NCBI GenBank assembly: GCA_963752285.1
Contig: CAVVXN010000002.1
Span: 160,001-224,000, forward strand
Length of the DNA stretch: 64,000 bases
Direction: 5' to 3'
From: an uncultured Planctomycetota bacterium
GTDB taxonomy: Bacteria; Planctomycetota; PLA2; JAEUHO01
This document shows, in pieces, positions 28,376 to 38,133 of this stretch. Below the pieces are notes generated by a model. It was not told the origin of the DNA. It saw only the letters and a program-made list of their open reading frames with translations, and did no database searches. Every line of letters begins with the position of its first letter. The first letter of the stretch is position 1. The position numbers and the translations under genes are program-made.

Positions 28376-29877
28376 GGCTTCTCCTTCGAGAGCCACGGGC
28401 TCATGTACTCCACCAGGGCGTCGAGCGACGCCTTCGGCCCCGAGAAGACCGGCATGCCCTCGATCCCCTCGGGGTCGGTGAGGAGGTCCCTCAGGTCCCC
28501 GGGGGTGTAGTCGGCGAGCTTCTCGCGCTTGTCGTTGAAGCCTCCGACCTCGTGGCACCGGCTGCACCGCTGCTCGTACACGCGCGCGCCGAGCGCCGCG
28601 CCCTCGAGACCCGACGCCTCGGCGAGCGGGCTCGGGTCCACCCGCTCCCAGATCCAGTCGGCGAGGCGGTCGGCCTCCTCGGCGTTGCCCAGGAAGGGCG
28701 GCATCTTGGCCTTCATGTGCCCGAGGTCCGCGATGGTCGCGCGGACGAACGCGCGGTCCGTGTGCGCGAAGGCCGGGGCGAGCGAGAGGTAACCGCCCAT
28801 CGTGTGGCACGACGCGCACGCGTAGCGGAAGACGTCGGCGCCGGGGTGTCCGGTCGTGAACGTCGTGTGGGCGAGCAGGCCGTCCTTTTGGAACGCGGGC
28901 TCCATCGCGACCGGCTGACCGTTTCCGTACATGTACCCGTAGATCACGTAGGGCTTCCGCGCCGACTCGCGCGCCCACTCGAACGCCCCGAAGCCGACCA
29001 AGCCGAGGGCCAGGAGGGCCACGCCGACGGGGCGGCGGAGCGCGCGCGGCACGGCGTAGCCCAGGACGGCCACCGCGAGGGCCAGGGCCACGCCTGCCCA
29101 CCCGAGCACGCGGAGGGCGTTCTGGGTCACCGCGAGGCGTCCGGTCGCGACGTCGCGGACGTCCACCGGGACGGCGTGCGCGTACCAGAGCGCCCCGAGG
29201 CCCGCGAGCAGGAGGCCCGCGACCGCCCACGTCGCGTCGGTCCGCGCGAAGCGCCGCCTCACGTCCGCGGCGAACCCCGATCCGACGAAGAGGGCCCAGA
29301 GGCCGGCCAAGGCGAGGCACACGCCCGTCCTCAGGACCAGCGACGGGAAGTACGTCGGGTTGAACAAGCCGTCCCAGAAGCCGCCCGTCTCGAGCCACGC
29401 GCCCGGCGTCAGCATGAACGTGACGATGCCGTTGATCACCACGAGGGAGAGCCACGCGAAGACGAAGTAGATCCAGCCGAGCGCCTGGTGCCCCCGCGCC
29501 GACATCCGGTCCCAGCCGTAGAAGTAGAGGATCGCGGAGGTGATCTCGACGAGGAAGAACGTCCACTCGATCGCCCAGCCCCAGACGAACGTGTGGATCA
29601 GGGCGGCGGTCGCGTTGGGGCCGATGAGCCCGATGATGAACCAGATGCCGACGCCCGTGAGCGCGCCGAAGACCAGCGTCACGAGGATGAACGTCTTGGA
29701 GAGACGGCGCACGAAGCGCAGGCGTTCCGCGTCACCGCTTCGACGCGCGCTCCGTTCCACCACCACGAGGTAGAGGCCGCCGCCGATCGCGAAGTGCGAG
29801 ACGAAGACGTGGAGGATGGCGAAGGTCGCCATGAGGACCCCGTAGCCGAGGCCCACGTCCCAGAACGGATACGGCAT
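28372..29877 (-). CDS. Cytochrome bd subunit I (CydA)-like membrane protein fused to two cytochrome c domains
   Basis: HVFVSHFAIGG, GALTGVGIWF, WAIEWTFFLVE, INGIVTFMLTP, FEWARESARKPY; C-terminal CASCH..MPP and CSRCH..MP. Confidence 0.8.
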   Translation of the reverse strand: MPYPFWDVGLGYGVLMATFAILHVFVSHFAIGGGLYLVVVERSARRSGDAERLRFVRRLSKTFILVTLVFGALTGVGIWFIIGLIGPNATAALIHTFVWGWAIEWTFFLVEITSAILYFYGWDRMSARGHQALGWIYFVFAWLSLVVINGIVTFMLTPGAWLETGGFWDGLFNPTYFPSLVLRTGVCLALAGLWALFVGSGFAADVRRRFARTDATWAVAGLLLAGLGALWYAHAVPVDVRDVATGRLAVTQNALRVLGWAGVALALAVAVLGYAVPRALRRPVGVALLALGLVGFGAFEWARESARKPYVIYGYMYGNGQPVAMEPAFQKDGLLAHTTFTTGHPGADVFRYACASCHTMGGYLSLAPAFAHTDRAFVRATIADLGHMKAKMPPFLGNAEEADRLADWIWERVDPSPLAEASGLEGAALGARVYEQRCSRCHEVGGFNDKREKLADYTPGDLRDLLTDPEGIEGMPVFSGPKASLDALVEYMSPWLSKEKP

Positions 29878-29970
29878 CGAAGGCTCCGGAAGACCGACGC
29901 GCCCGGCACCGTACGGCCGACGGCGCCCACCCCCAAGCGGCGGCGGGACGGTCGGGTCGCGCCGGCTCGG

Positions 29971-32457
29971 TCAGGCGCCGTCGCCAGCCGCGTCCGGAGC
30001 CTCCTCGCCCTCCGCCTCCCCGACCTCCTCGCCCGCGCCCTCGTCCAGCGACCCGCCGGCGGTCTGGACCGCGCGCCGCCAGTACTGGCGCGCCTGCGAG
30101 ACCGCGCGGCCGAGGAACGTGAGGGGGTCGTAGCGCACGTCGGGGCCGCGCTGGCCGGGTTGGATGCCGGTGAAGAGGCCGAGCGCCTCGTGGATCGTGT
30201 CCACCGCGAAGACGTGGAAGTCGCCCTGCCGGCACGCCTGCACGACGTCCTCGCGCAGCATGAGGTCGCCGACGTTTCGGCGCGGGATGATCACGCCCTG
30301 CGTGCACGTGAGCCCGCCCGCCAGGTCGCGGCACGTGTCGAAGTAGCCCTCGATCTTCTCGTTGACCGCCCCGACCGGGAGGATGTTCCCGACCTGGTCG
30401 ATCGCGCCCGTCATCGCGAGGTCCTGCCGGAGCGGGACGTCGGTGAGCGCCGAGAGGAGGCAGCACATCTCGGCACCGGACGCCGAGTCCCCGTCGATGC
30501 CGCCGTAGCTCTGCTCGAACGCGACCGAGGCGTCGAACGCGAGGGGATGGTCCGTGCGGAGCAGGTACCGCATCAGGCCGCCCAGGATGTAGAAGCCCTT
30601 GTTGTGGATCGCGCCGGAGAGCTCGGACTCCCGCTCGATGTTGATGGCGCCGGCCGTCCCCGGGCCGATCGTCGCGGTGATGCGCTGCGGGAAGCCGTAC
30701 GTGAGCGGGCCGGCCGAGATCACGGCGAGACCGTTGATCTGCCCCACGGCCGTCCCCTGCGTGCGGATGCGGATCGTGCCGTCGGCGATGCGCTCGCGGT
30801 AGCGGCGCGCGGGGAGGTCGGCGCGACCCTTCGTGCGCCGGACGGCCTCGCGCACGTCGTCGGCCGTGACGATGCCCTGCCCGCGGCGCGTGGCGAGGAA
30901 CGAAGCCTCGCGCGCGATGTCCGCGAGGCGGCCGAATCGCACGGTGAGCTTGTCCTGCTGCGCGGCGATGCGCGCGCCGTGCTCGCAGAGGAGGGCCGTG
31001 GCCGTGCGGTCGAAGGGGGCGAGGCTCTCCTCGCGCGCGAGCCGGGAGAGGACGCCCGCGTAGCAGGCGAGCGTGTCGTCGGTGCGCGGGATCACGGAGT
31101 CGAAGTCGGCCAGCACCTTGAAGAGGTGCGGGAAGTCCGCGTCCATCGCGTCGAGCAGGTAGTAGAGCTGCGCGTCGCCCAGCAGGACGACCTTCACGTG
31201 CACCGGGATCGGCTCGGGCTTCACGACCGGGATGCGCCACGGCACGGGCAGGTCCGGCGGCACCATCTCGAGACAGCCCGTGCGGAGGGTCCGGATCAGC
31301 ACCCGCCACGCCCCCGGCATCGTGAGCACGTCGCGCGCGTCCAGGATGAGATAGCCGCCGTCGGCGCGGAGCAGCGACCCGCCGCGCACCATCTGGTGCG
31401 GGATCGCCGAGCCCTCGTCTCGGCCGACCGCGAGGTCCACGGTGCCGACGAGCGTCTGCACCGACGGCGCGTTCTCCACCACGACCGGCACCTGTTCGCC
31501 GTCCTCGTGCGACTGGATGAGGTTCACGTGGTAGAAGCGCGTGAATTCGAGGTTCTCCTCCAGAGAGAGGAGCTGGCGCGTCGTGACGTCCTGGATCACC
31601 TCGTCGAGGAAGGACTGCACGCGCGGCTCGGGAAACGCCCGGCGGAGCGGCCGCGCGGCCTCCTCGAGGAGGGCGCGCGCCTCGCCCTGGAGCAGGTCGC
31701 GATACGCCTCGCGTCCCTTCGCCTGGATCTCCTGGATCTTCTCACCGATCGCCTGCAGGCGCTGGTGGAACTCCCCGATCTTCGCCTTCAGCTTCTCGAT
31801 CTCCTCGTCGGAGATCTTCCCCTCGCGCCGGAGCGTCTCGATCTTGTCGGGCGAAGCCGGCTCGCCGTCCACGAGGGGCACGATCAGGGGCCGGGTGATC
31901 TGCCCCACCTGGATCTGGACGAGCGCGAGGCCCGCGGCGCGGAGCTCGTCGTCGAAGGGCTTGCCGACCGCCTCCAGGGTGGACGACGTCTCGCGCTCGA
32001 TGCTCGCCGACTTGCTCCGCACGACCTCCGAGCCGAGCCCGCCCTTCAGGTCCTCCCGGACGAACCGCACGAACTCGTCGATGCCGCGGCGGAACGCCGC
32101 GCCGCGTCCTCGCGGGAGGGTGATCAGGCGCGGGCAGTCGGGCTCCTCGAAGTTGTGCGTGTAGAGCCGGTCCGGCGCGCGCGGCGAGCGCGGTCGGATC
32201 GACTCGAGCAGTCGCTTCAGAAGCGTCGAGCGCCCCGTGCCGGTGAGCCCGCGGACGAAGATGTTCTGTCCCGGCGCATCGACCTCGAGCCCGAACCGGA
32301 GCGCCTCCACGGCCGCGTCCTGGCCGACGACGCCCTCGAGCGGCGGCACGTCGTGCGTCGTCTGGAAGGAGAACACGTCCGGGTCGCAGTGCCATCGGAG
32401 CTGGTCCGCGACGAGCGGCAGGTGCTGGTAGGGAGGCGGGACCGGCGGGGTCGTCAT
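29971..32457 (-). CDS. Lon-like (LonC/COG1067) protease with AAA-like region
   Basis: GQDAAVEAL.FGL, GTGRST, GSLLRADGGYL, GQINGL, catalytic Ser-Lys dyad GDSAS / NEKIEG. Confidence 0.9.
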   Translation of the reverse strand: MTTPPVPPPYQHLPLVADQLRWHCDPDVFSFQTTHDVPPLEGVVGQDAAVEALRFGLEVDAPGQNIFVRGLTGTGRSTLLKRLLESIRPRSPRAPDRLYTHNFEEPDCPRLITLPRGRGAAFRRGIDEFVRFVREDLKGGLGSEVVRSKSASIERETSSTLEAVGKPFDDELRAAGLALVQIQVGQITRPLIVPLVDGEPASPDKIETLRREGKISDEEIEKLKAKIGEFHQRLQAIGEKIQEIQAKGREAYRDLLQGEARALLEEAARPLRRAFPEPRVQSFLDEVIQDVTTRQLLSLEENLEFTRFYHVNLIQSHEDGEQVPVVVENAPSVQTLVGTVDLAVGRDEGSAIPHQMVRGGSLLRADGGYLILDARDVLTMPGAWRVLIRTLRTGCLEMVPPDLPVPWRIPVVKPEPIPVHVKVVLLGDAQLYYLLDAMDADFPHLFKVLADFDSVIPRTDDTLACYAGVLSRLAREESLAPFDRTATALLCEHGARIAAQQDKLTVRFGRLADIAREASFLATRRGQGIVTADDVREAVRRTKGRADLPARRYRERIADGTIRIRTQGTAVGQINGLAVISAGPLTYGFPQRITATIGPGTAGAINIERESELSGAIHNKGFYILGGLMRYLLRTDHPLAFDASVAFEQSYGGIDGDSASGAEMCCLLSALTDVPLRQDLAMTGAIDQVGNILPVGAVNEKIEGYFDTCRDLAGGLTCTQGVIIPRRNVGDLMLREDVVQACRQGDFHVFAVDTIHEALGLFTGIQPGQRGPDVRYDPLTFLGRAVSQARQYWRRAVQTAGGSLDEGAGEEVGEAEGEEAPDAAGDGA

Positions 32458-32534
32458 GGCGCCGAGGGTAGGCCGGACGCCGCGTGCCGAGAACCCCCCT
32501 CCGAGAGGTCGGGCCCGCCCTCGGGACGACGGGT

Positions 32535-33008
32535 TCAGACCGAGTGCTCCGGCGCCTCCCCCTTGTACGTGTCCAGCCACGCCCAGTACGCGTCCACGAG
32601 CTCCCGCGTCGTTTCTCCGAGGCGCGCGTCGTCGTGTTCGTCCACGGCGTGGACGAAGCGGCGGAGCGCCTCGCCGAACGCGGCGCGCGCGTCCTCGAAG
32701 CGCGCGACGTCGGCGTCGCGGAGGTCGTGGGGGAGCGTCGCGCCGAGGAGCCCCAGGCCGTGCGCCACGACCTCGCCGCGACGGGCCCGGATCGCCGGCA
32801 GGTCGCCCGTCTGGGCCGCGCTCGCGAGGGCCACCACGACGGTCCGCATGCCGCCGAACGCCGGCGTCACGTCGCCCGGGGGCGGCGCCTGGCGTACGCC
32901 GACCGGCGCCGCGGCGCCCGCGCCCGCGCAGCCGGCCCACGCCAGGGCCGCGGCGAGGAGCGCGCCGAGGGACCGCGCGCCGCGCGTCCGGCCGGCGCCC
33001 GGCCTCAA
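32535..33008 (-). CDS. Hypothetical lipoprotein
   Basis: TTG overlaps the glyQS stop; lipobox WAGC; helical-bundle-like body. Confidence 0.55.
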   Translation of the reverse strand: MRPGAGRTRGARSLGALLAAALAWAGCAGAGAAAPVGVRQAPPPGDVTPAFGGMRTVVVALASAAQTGDLPAIRARRGEVVAHGLGLLGATLPHDLRDADVARFEDARAAFGEALRRFVHAVDEHDDARLGETTRELVDAYWAWLDTYKGEAPEHSV

Positions 33009-34354
33009 GCTTCGTCGTCCTTCCGCGTCCAGGCGCGGATCCGGTCGCGCAGGAAGGCCTCCAGGCCCGCCTCGGGGACGCGCGGCTGCTCCATCGTGTC
33101 GCGGTCGCGCACCGTGACCGTGCCGTCGGCGAGCGTCTGGCTGTCCACGGTGACGGAGAACGGCGTCCCGATCTCGTCCACGCGGCTGTACCGGCGGCCG
33201 ACCGTCCCGCCCTCGTCGTAGAGCGCGCGGAAGGACCCCCGAAGCGTCTCGTAGAGCGTCCGCGCCCGCTCCGGCATGCCGTCCTTGCGGACGAGCGGGA
33301 ACACGCCCACCTGCACGGGCGCGAGGCGGGGGTGGAGGTGGAGCAGCACGCGGGTCTCCCCGTTCGGCTTGACCTCCTCGTCGTACGCGTCGCAGAGCAG
33401 GGTCAGGAAGCAGCGGTCCACGCCGGCCGAGGGCTCGATGACGTACGGCACCACCCACGTCTTCTTCTCCTCGTCGCGGTAGGCGAGCCCGCGCCCGCTC
33501 CCCTCCTGATGGCGCTGCAGGTCGAAGTCGGTGCGGTTCGCGACGCCCTCGACCTCGTCCCAGCCCCACGGATAGCGGTACTCGACGTCGGCGCACGCTT
33601 TCGCGTAGTGCGCGCGCTCGTCCAGCTCCTGCTCGCGGAGGCGCAGGTGCGAGGGCCGGATGCCGAGCGAGCGCCACCAGGCGAGACGCCGATCGCGCCA
33701 GTAGAGGAACCACTCGTCGTCGGTTCCCGGCTCGCAGAAGAACTCGAGCTCCATCTGCTCGAACTCGCGCATGCGGAAGAGCTGTCCGCCCGTCACGATC
33801 TCGTTTCGAAACGCCTTGCCGATCTGCGCGATGCCGAACGGGATCTTGACGCGCGTCGTCTCGAGGACGCTCTTGAAGTTGACGAAGATGCCCTGCGCGG
33901 TCTCGGGGCGGAGGTACACGACCGACGCGTCGTCCTCGACGGCGCCGACGCGGGTCTTGAACATCAGGTTGAACTGCCGCGGCTCGGTCAGCTCGCCGCC
34001 GCACTCGCCCGGGTGCTTCGAGGGCTTCTTCGGGCACGCCGCCTCGCCGAGGCGGTCGGCCCGGAACCGCGATTTGCACGTCTTGCAGTCCACGAGGGGG
34101 TCGCTGAAGCCCGCCACGTGCCCGGAGACCTCCCAGACGCGGGCGGCCATGAGGATCGAGGCGTCGAGGCCCACCACGTCGTCGCGCTCGAGCACCGTCG
34201 TGCGCCACCAGTCGTCCTTGATCTGGCGCTTCAGCTCGACCCCGACCGGGCCGTAGTCGTACGTGGCCTGGAGACCGCCGTAGATCTCGGAGGAGGGGAA
34301 TACGAACCCCCGCCGCTTGGTCAGGGCGACGACGCGGTCCAGGGTCGTGGTCAT
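33005..34354 (-). CDS. glyQS: Glycine--tRNA ligase (homodimeric alpha2 type)
   Basis: KRRGF..PSSEIYGG, LRPETAQG, FRNEI, REFEQME, IEPSAGVDR, anticodon-binding domain. Confidence 0.97.
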   Translation of the reverse strand: MTTTLDRVVALTKRRGFVFPSSEIYGGLQATYDYGPVGVELKRQIKDDWWRTTVLERDDVVGLDASILMAARVWEVSGHVAGFSDPLVDCKTCKSRFRADRLGEAACPKKPSKHPGECGGELTEPRQFNLMFKTRVGAVEDDASVVYLRPETAQGIFVNFKSVLETTRVKIPFGIAQIGKAFRNEIVTGGQLFRMREFEQMELEFFCEPGTDDEWFLYWRDRRLAWWRSLGIRPSHLRLREQELDERAHYAKACADVEYRYPWGWDEVEGVANRTDFDLQRHQEGSGRGLAYRDEEKKTWVVPYVIEPSAGVDRCFLTLLCDAYDEEVKPNGETRVLLHLHPRLAPVQVGVFPLVRKDGMPERARTLYETLRGSFRALYDEGGTVGRRYSRVDEIGTPFSVTVDSQTLADGTVTVRDRDTMEQPRVPEAGLEAFLRDRIRAWTRKDDEA

Positions 34355-34466
34355 GGCGCTCCTCTTCGCGCGGTCCCGCGCGCGGCCGAGGGCGCGATTC
34401 CTACCATCCCGTTCTCGGCGCGCGAGGCGTGAAACGACCTTCCGGCGGGGATGACCGCCGCATGAC

Positions 34467-34514
34467 GCCCCGGGTATTGGGTTCCTATCAACTTGCGAAC
34501 CCAATATGTTGGGG
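34467..34514. promoter_or_regulatory. Tandem NrdR-box-like operators, 32 bp apart
   Basis: ACCCAATATGTTGGGG (34499-34514) resembles the NrdR consensus acaCwAtATaTwGtgt; a degenerate inverted copy GCCCCGGGTATTGGGT lies at 34467-34482. Confidence 0.5.
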
Positions 34515-34782
34515 CATTCCCCGGCGACCCCGCGGCTTTCACGCCAGCCGTGGGGTGAGGGAGGACCGCGGGCCTCTCTTGCTAACCCCCTGCCCCACAA
34601 TGATTTTCGGCTTTGCACTCCGCGCAGCGTCCTTCAGAATCCGCGCGGTGGCGGATTCCCGGAGGCCCTTGACGTTCTCGGGCCGCCCGGGGATCGGATC
34701 GCACGGGGCGCCGGCCGGGGCGGGCGGCGCCGACGGGAGGGTGGCGGCGGGGGCCGCCGAGCGTCGGAGGGGTCGGGCCGAG

Positions 34783-35046
34783 ATGACGAGCAGCGTCGGG
34801 TCGAGGAAGGGGCCGTGGCGGCTCGGCGAGGTCGCCCGGGTCGTGGGGCTCTCCCGACAGACGCTCCACCACTACGCGGCGCTTGGGCTGATCCGGCCCG
34901 TGGCCACCACGCCGGGCGGGCACCGCCTCTTCGGCGGGAGCGTGTTCCGCCGCGTGGAGGAGATCCAGGCCGGCAAGCGGACGCGACCGCTGGCCGAGCT
35001 CGCACGCCCGTCCTCGCCCGCGCCGCGTGGGAGGAAGCACAGATGA
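34783..35046 (+). CDS. Short MerR-family HTH protein with no effector domain
   Basis: GGAGG RBS; WRLGEVARVVGLSRQTLHHYAALGLI.P..T.GGHRLF; stop overlaps the next ATG (ATGA). Confidence 0.82.
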   Translation: MTSSVGSRKGPWRLGEVARVVGLSRQTLHHYAALGLIRPVATTPGGHRLFGGSVFRRVEEIQAGKRTRPLAELARPSSPAPRGRKHR

Positions 35047-35888
35047 CACAGCCCGTGGCGAGTCGTCGTCGGGAGCCGGAACCCTCGGGCCGGGTCGCGC
35101 GCCGCGCGCGCGGTCCCGACATGACGGAGGTCTGGCGCGCGTTCAAGACCACGGGAGACGAGGGGCTCCGAAACCGGCTCGTCGAGCACTACCTCTACCT
35201 CGTCAAGGTCATCGGCAACCGGGTGGCCGCGCGCCTGCCCCGTTCGATCGACGTCCAGGACCTGAGGAGCGCGGGCGTGTTCGGGCTGATGCGCGCGGTC
35301 GAGAACTTCGACCTCGACCGGGGCACGCCCTTCGAGTCGTACTGCGCCACGCGGGTCCGCGGCGCGATCCTCGACGAGCTGCGCGCGCAGGACTGGGTGC
35401 CGCGGCTGGTCCGCCACCGCGCGTCGCGCTACCAGGAGGTCCTGGGCGGACTCCGGCGCGACCTCGGCCGGGAGCCCTCGACCCACGAGGTCGCCGGCCG
35501 CCTCGGCACGACCACGGAGCAGGCCGAGAGCATGCGCCGCGAGTCGAACCTGACGAGCGTCTACAACCTCTCTCCGGTGGAGGAGCGCGACGACGACCCG
35601 CGGATGCTCCGGCACCTCGACGTCCTGATGGACCACGACAGCGACGTCCCCTTCGACCGGTACGTCGCGCACGACCTGGCCCACGCCCTCCAGGGCGTGC
35701 TCGCCGGCCCCGAGCGCACCGTGATCGCCCTCTACTACTACGAGGGCCTCACGATGAAGGAGATCGGCCGCGTCATGGGGATCTCCGAGAGCCGCGTCTG
35801 CCAGATCCACACGAAGACGCTGAAGAAGCTGAAGCGTCACCTGGACGAGCTGGGCGAGACCGCGCGGCGGCTGGCCGTCGCGTCGTAG
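35043..35888 (+). CDS. fliA: FliA/WhiG-family RNA polymerase sigma factor
   Basis: RNRLVEHY, DLRSAGVFGL, RVRGAILDELRAQDWVPR, LYYYEGLTMKEIG.VMGISESRVCQIH. Confidence 0.92.
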   Translation: MTQPVASRRREPEPSGRVARRARGPDMTEVWRAFKTTGDEGLRNRLVEHYLYLVKVIGNRVAARLPRSIDVQDLRSAGVFGLMRAVENFDLDRGTPFESYCATRVRGAILDELRAQDWVPRLVRHRASRYQEVLGGLRRDLGREPSTHEVAGRLGTTTEQAESMRRESNLTSVYNLSPVEERDDDPRMLRHLDVLMDHDSDVPFDRYVAHDLAHALQGVLAGPERTVIALYYYEGLTMKEIGRVMGISESRVCQIHTKTLKKLKRHLDELGETARRLAVAS

Positions 35889-35988
35889 GGACGCGCGAAG
35901 CGCCCTCCTCGCCCGAGGACGAGGACCCGGGCGAGCCCGACCGGCGAGGGGGGGGCGTGGGCCTCCGGCGCGGGGAGAATCTCTCCCG

Positions 35989-37290
35989 ATGGACCACTTC
36001 GCCCACCGGGAGGGCCGGCTCTTCTGCGACGGCGTGCCGCTCGACCGGCTCGCCGACGCCGTCGGAACGCCCGCCTACGTCTACTCCGCGGCGACGGTCC
36101 GCCACCACGTCCGGCGGCTGAGGGAGGCGTTCCGGGGTCTCGACCCGCTCGTCTGCTACGCGGTCAAGGCGAACGCCAACCTGGCGCTTCTCCGTCTCTT
36201 CGTCGAGGAGCGCACGGGATTCGACATCGTCTCGCAGGGCGAGCTCGAGCGCGTGCTCTCGGTCGGCGCCGACCCCGCGACCGTGGTCTTCTCGGGCGTG
36301 GGCAAGACGGAGGCCGAGATGCGCCGCGCCCTCGAGGTCGGCGTGCTCCGCTTCAACGTCGAGAGCGAGGAGGAGCTGGAGGCCCTCGCGAAGGTCGCGG
36401 CGTCCCTGGACCGCGTGGCGCCCGTCGCGATCCGGGTGAACCCGGACGTGGACCCGCACACGCACCGCTACATCGCGACGGGCCAGCGCGAGACGAAGTT
36501 CGGCGTGGACCTCGCGCGGGCCGTGGCCCTCGCCGCGCGCGCCCGCGCGCTCGGGAGCGTGCGCCTGCTCGGCATCCAATGCCACATCGGGAGCCAGATC
36601 ACCGAGGTCGAACCCTACGTCGCGGCGGTCGAGCGCACGCTCGAGCTCGCCCGGCGGTGGAGGGCCGAGGGCGACGCGATCGAGACGCTCGACATGGGCG
36701 GCGGGTTCGGCATCGTGTACGACGACCCCGACGTGCCGGGCTTCGACGCGTACGCCGAGGCGGTCCGGCCGATCGTCGAGGGCTCGGGCCTCCGGCTGGT
36801 GCTCGAGCCGGGTCGCGTCATCGTCGGCAACGCCGGCGTCCTGCTGACGCGCGTGCTCTACCGGAAGGTCTCGGGCGCGCGGCGCTTCGTGATCGTGGAC
36901 GCCGGCATGAACGACCTGATCCGTCCCGCGCTCTACGACGGACACCACCGGATCTGGCCCGTCGTGGGACCGCCGCCGCCCCCGCCCGGGACGACCCCCG
37001 ACCTCCCGACCTCGGACGTCGTCGGCCCCGTGTGCGAGACGGGGGACTTCCTCGGCAAGGACCGTCCGCTGCCGGAGGTCCGCCCCGGCCAGGTCCTCGC
37101 CGTGATGAGCGTCGGCGCGTACGGGTTCGCGATGTCGAGCAACTACAACGAGCGGCCCCGGCCCGTGGAGGTCCTCGTGGACGGCGACCGGTTCGGCGTC
37201 GTCCGTCGGCGCGAGTCGTACGCGGACCTCGCCCGCCTCGACGTCGCCGAGCCGGCGATGCGGAGCTTCGCCGCGGAGATCTCCTCGTGA
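35989..37290 (+). CDS. lysA: Diaminopimelate decarboxylase
   Basis: YAVKAN (PLP Lys), [33 protein letters not shown]. Confidence 0.97.
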   Translation: MDHFAHREGRLFCDGVPLDRLADAVGTPAYVYSAATVRHHVRRLREAFRGLDPLVCYAVKANANLALLRLFVEERTGFDIVSQGELERVLSVGADPATVVFSGVGKTEAEMRRALEVGVLRFNVESEEELEALAKVAASLDRVAPVAIRVNPDVDPHTHRYIATGQRETKFGVDLARAVALAARARALGSVRLLGIQCHIGSQITEVEPYVAAVERTLELARRWRAEGDAIETLDMGGGFGIVYDDPDVPGFDAYAEAVRPIVEGSGLRLVLEPGRVIVGNAGVLLTRVLYRKVSGARRFVIVDAGMNDLIRPALYDGHHRIWPVVGPPPPPPGTTPDLPTSDVVGPVCETGDFLGKDRPLPEVRPGQVLAVMSVGAYGFAMSSNYNERPRPVEVLVDGDRFGVVRRRESYADLARLDVAEPAMRSFAAEISS

Positions 37291-38111
37291 GCGACGTCCG
37301 CCCCTGCCGCGTCGGCTCGCTCTCCGTCGGGACGGGCGAGCGACCCTTCCTGATCGCCGGCCCGTGCGTCATCGAAGGCCGCGACATGGCGCTCACGCAC
37401 GCCGAGCGGATCCGCGACGTCGCCCACGCGCACGGCTTCGACTACTGCTTCAAGTCGTCCTACGACAAGGCGAACCGCACGAGCCTCTCGTCGTTCCGCG
37501 GCCCGGGCCTCGAGGACGGCCTCGCGGTGCTCGCCGAGGTGCGGCGCGAGGCGGGCGTGCCCGTGCTCACCGACTTCCACTCCGCAGCGGAGGCCGCGCC
37601 GGTCGGGGAGGTCGTGGACGTCCTGCAGGTGCCGGCCTTCCTGTGCCGTCAGACCGACCTGCTCGTGGCCGCCGCGGCGACCGGCAAGGCCGTGAACGTG
37701 AAGAAGGGGCAGTTCCTCGCCCCCGAGTCGATGGGGAGCGTCGTCGAGAAGCTCGAGGGCTCGGGGTGCCAGGACGTGCTCCTGACGGAGCGCGGGGTCT
37801 CGTTCGGCTACGCCAACCTGGTCGTGGACTTCCGCTCGCTCCCGCTCATGCGCACGTTCGGACACCCGGTGATCTTCGACGCGACGCACAGCGTGCAGCG
37901 GCCGGGCGGTCTCGGCGACCGGACGGGCGGAGACCGCCGCGAGGTGCCCGCGCTCGCGCGCGCCGCCGTCGCGGTCGGGGTGGACGGCCTCTTCATGGAG
38001 GTCCACGAGGATCCCGACCGCGCGCTCTCGGACGGTCCGAACCAGCTCGCGCTGGCGACGTTGCCGGAGCTCCTCGGTCGGCTCCGACGGCTCTGGGAGG
38101 CGGGGAGGTAG
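37287..38111 (+). CDS. kdsA: KDO 8-phosphate synthase
   Basis: [45 protein letters not shown]. Confidence 0.97.
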   Translation: MSDVRPCRVGSLSVGTGERPFLIAGPCVIEGRDMALTHAERIRDVAHAHGFDYCFKSSYDKANRTSLSSFRGPGLEDGLAVLAEVRREAGVPVLTDFHSAAEAAPVGEVVDVLQVPAFLCRQTDLLVAAAATGKAVNVKKGQFLAPESMGSVVEKLEGSGCQDVLLTERGVSFGYANLVVDFRSLPLMRTFGHPVIFDATHSVQRPGGLGDRTGGDRREVPALARAAVAVGVDGLFMEVHEDPDRALSDGPNQLALATLPELLGRLRRLWEAGR

Positions 38112-38133
38112 GCCCGCGTCGGGCGCGCGCCCC

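Noticed and set aside
34491..34514. dif (XerC/D) site suggested by ACTTGCGAA...TATGTT
   Set aside because: Arm lengths and the 6-bp spacer do not fit, and the TTATGTTAAAT arm is not matched.
34355..34560. T-box or glycine riboswitch upstream of glyQS
   Set aside because: No GGTGGNACCGCG T-box, no terminator U-tract and no glycine aptamer core on the minus strand.
34604..34611. Sigma-28 -10 element GCCGAAAA on the minus strand near fliA
   Set aside because: No TAAA -35 element at the right distance, and it points away from the sigma gene.
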